This document shows positions 62,757 to 64,000 of a DNA stretch of 64,000 bases, piece after piece; positions within the stretch are counted from its first letter, which is position 1, and each line of letters opens with the position of its first letter. The DNA comes from Chrysomallon squamiferum (Eukaryota > Animalia > Mollusca). The translations under genes were made by a program, and so were the position numbers. The DNA is taken from positions 5,828,001-5,892,000 of the forward strand of contig CM022672.1 of the NCBI GenBank assembly GCA_012295275.1, given 5' to 3'. Under the pieces are notes generated by a model, which searched no databases, was not told the DNA's origin, and saw only the letters and a program-made list of their open reading frames with translations.

Positions 62757-63537
62757 GTTATTGTCATTGTCATTGTTATTGTTGTTGTTATTATTATCAC
62801 TGTTGTTCTTATTGTTATTGTTTTTGTTGTTGTTGTTGTTGTTGTTATTATTATAATTTTAGGTTGAAAGATGACAAACAACGTTTTATTCTCAATCTGG
62901 AGGTGCAGCTGCTGTTAAAACAAGGTCAGGTGGAGATTGACATGACAAAGTTTGTTCCAAACTACACAAACAGTGTTCTCCTGCACAGATCAGTCGTAGA
63001 GGAACTCAATGGAACCATCAAGGTAAACTGCCAGAATTCAGATATAAATAATAAGACTAACTAAATAGTTTTGCTTAAAATAAATAAATAGATGTGAATG
63101 TCAATATAAAAATATAAATATAAATAATAAAGCTGTATAAATGAAAAAAAAAACGTTAGCCAAAACAATTTCTGTTGTTTATTTTTATAGACATTATTTT
63201 AAATATACCTTAAATATCTGAACATGATTAAATGATTGATTATTAAGACTGATTGGTCATTGTATTGCGAAAATATATATTTTTAAAAACTTGGGTTTAT
63301 TTGAATGCACTGTGTAGTTACGTCACTACAATCTCTCCTTCTTGGTAAACATTTCCTAACTGGATAGGTTTCACACATACTTGAAGATGTTTGTTTGTTT
63401 TTGTGTATAGTTTGTAATATTATTATAACTGCTGGTTTATAATAAATTTGTAAATATTTTCAGCAACTTGGAGAAAGTAAAATTACCAGCATGGTGGAAA
63501 GCAAGGATTTCAGGAAAGGCATTATACAGCTGGAATG
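38243..63537 (+). CDS. CFAP43: Cilia- and flagella-associated protein 43 (WDR96): WD40 repeats then coiled coil; continues beyond the window end
   Basis: Exons 38243-38271, 38987-39237, 39510-39603, 40178-40345, 40745-40997, 41282-41627, 42409-42503, 43770-43901, 44404-44520, 45440-45520, 45931-46079, 46400-46503, 46868-47011, 47800-47984, 48621-48770, 49199-49326, 49698-49869, 50324-50434, 50827-50904, 51707-51832, 52685-52789, 53273-53389, 53680-53724, 56476-56539, 57182-57273, 57684-57890, 58308-58478, 58850-58978, 59333-59452, 60107-60214, 60804-60979, 61789-62008, 62317-62429, 62863-63022, 63464-63537. CFAP43 signatures: [87 protein letters not shown]. Confidence 0.92.
38471..38548. repeat. 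(TA)n plus (AAT)n microsatellite in CFAP43 intron 1
   Basis: Directly visible. Confidence 0.95.
38712..38810. repeat. Direct duplication of ~30 bp (ctttattcatcaaaactgataaaa) twice
   Basis: Copies at ~38712-38743 and ~38779-38810. Confidence 0.8.
42711..42890. repeat. 30-bp minisatellite, ~6 copies (aacagttaagatgacataaataggatgatt)
   Basis: Directly visible near-perfect tandem units in CFAP43 intron 7. Confidence 0.95.
42915..43270 (+). mobile_element. Possible degenerate tRNA-derived SINE
   Basis: B-box-like GGTTTGATCCT at ~42959-42969, followed by a more GC-balanced body ending in a short tandem tail (cattacatacat). Confidence 0.3.
44508..44750 (+). repeat. 27-bp tandem repeat x9 (caaggaatgtgtt|gtaagtagtgttta) spanning the CFAP43 exon 9 splice donor; degenerate derivatives extend to ~45270
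   Basis: Directly visible; translates as (KECVVSSVY)n in the exon reading frame. Confidence 0.95.
51829..51985 (+). repeat. ~87-bp tandem duplication starting at the CFAP43 exon 20 donor
   Basis: agagtaagtttttacttaacactaggaac...caaggaaatattct occurs at ~51830 and ~51916. Confidence 0.85.
60980..61137 (+). repeat. Three ~45-55 bp units (tatgtatac-(CA)n-aaatatacagtagcatgcagctcaaa) starting at the CFAP43 exon 31 donor
   Basis: Directly visible. Confidence 0.8.
61614..61730. repeat. ~22-bp minisatellite (ctatcacattatacatcactgt) x~5 within a longer degenerate CAT/TAT-rich tract
   Basis: Directly visible. Confidence 0.85.
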
Positions 63538-63917
63538 GTGAGTATGTTAAATAAACGAGTAACATTTTCATTATTGTAGTTTAAAGGTTTATTTCTAATT
63601 TCTTTATTCCTATTTTTTTTTAAATTTATTTTGTCTCATTACTGAAGGTTTTTTTTAAAGATTTATTTCTAATTTCTTTTTTCTTTCTTTTTAAAAAATT
63701 TATTTAGGTTATATTTTGTTTCACACATTGTCACAGCTCATGACTCGGATGTGCTAAATCAGAAAATCAATCTTCCTTAGTGTGTCATTTGGCAGTTTTT
63801 AGCTTATAGTTAAATATGTGTGATGACTGAAAATGTTAATAATAAAAATTAACAAATTACGTTGTCATTAAATGTTCATTATATTTGTGTAATTAATTAG
63901 CAGCAAGGTCTAGTTAC

Positions 63918-64000
63918 AGTAGTCAGTTGGTATAGTGGATCAAAGGATCTGATCTCCTTAGAGCACGTATTGGGTTATTTACAATTGCAGCCAGCACTGA
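63918..64000 (+). mobile_element. Possible tRNA-derived SINE head (truncated by the window end)
   Basis: A-box-like TGGTATAGTGG at ~63928-63938; no recognisable tRNA cloverleaf or good B-box. Confidence 0.2.

Overview
AT-rich, microsatellite-dense, intron-rich animal genomic DNA (an invertebrate, probably a mollusc or other lophotrochozoan; the species cannot be determined from the sequence). Manual splicing of exons gives six protein-coding genes. (1) The 5' part of DNAAF9/C20orf194 (- strand, runs off the left edge). (2) A telomere-binding TRF homolog with TRFH and telobox Myb domains (+ strand), head-to-head with DNAAF9. (3) An intronless GH38 Golgi alpha-mannosidase II-like gene (+). (4) A full-length SLFN5/11/13-type Schlafen with Schlafen core, SWADL-like linker and SF1 helicase (+). 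(5) STARD7 (-). (6) The first 35 exons of CFAP43 (+, runs off the right edge), head-to-head with STARD7. The most interesting signals are the invertebrate long Schlafen with an altered RNase site and apparently conserved introns, the retrogene-like mannosidase with a degenerate GlcNAc anchor site, an in-frame 27-bp array that duplicates a CFAP43 splice donor (plus other donor-seeded repeats), and a GC-AG intron in DNAAF9. Homologies come from recalled family motifs, not from database searches.
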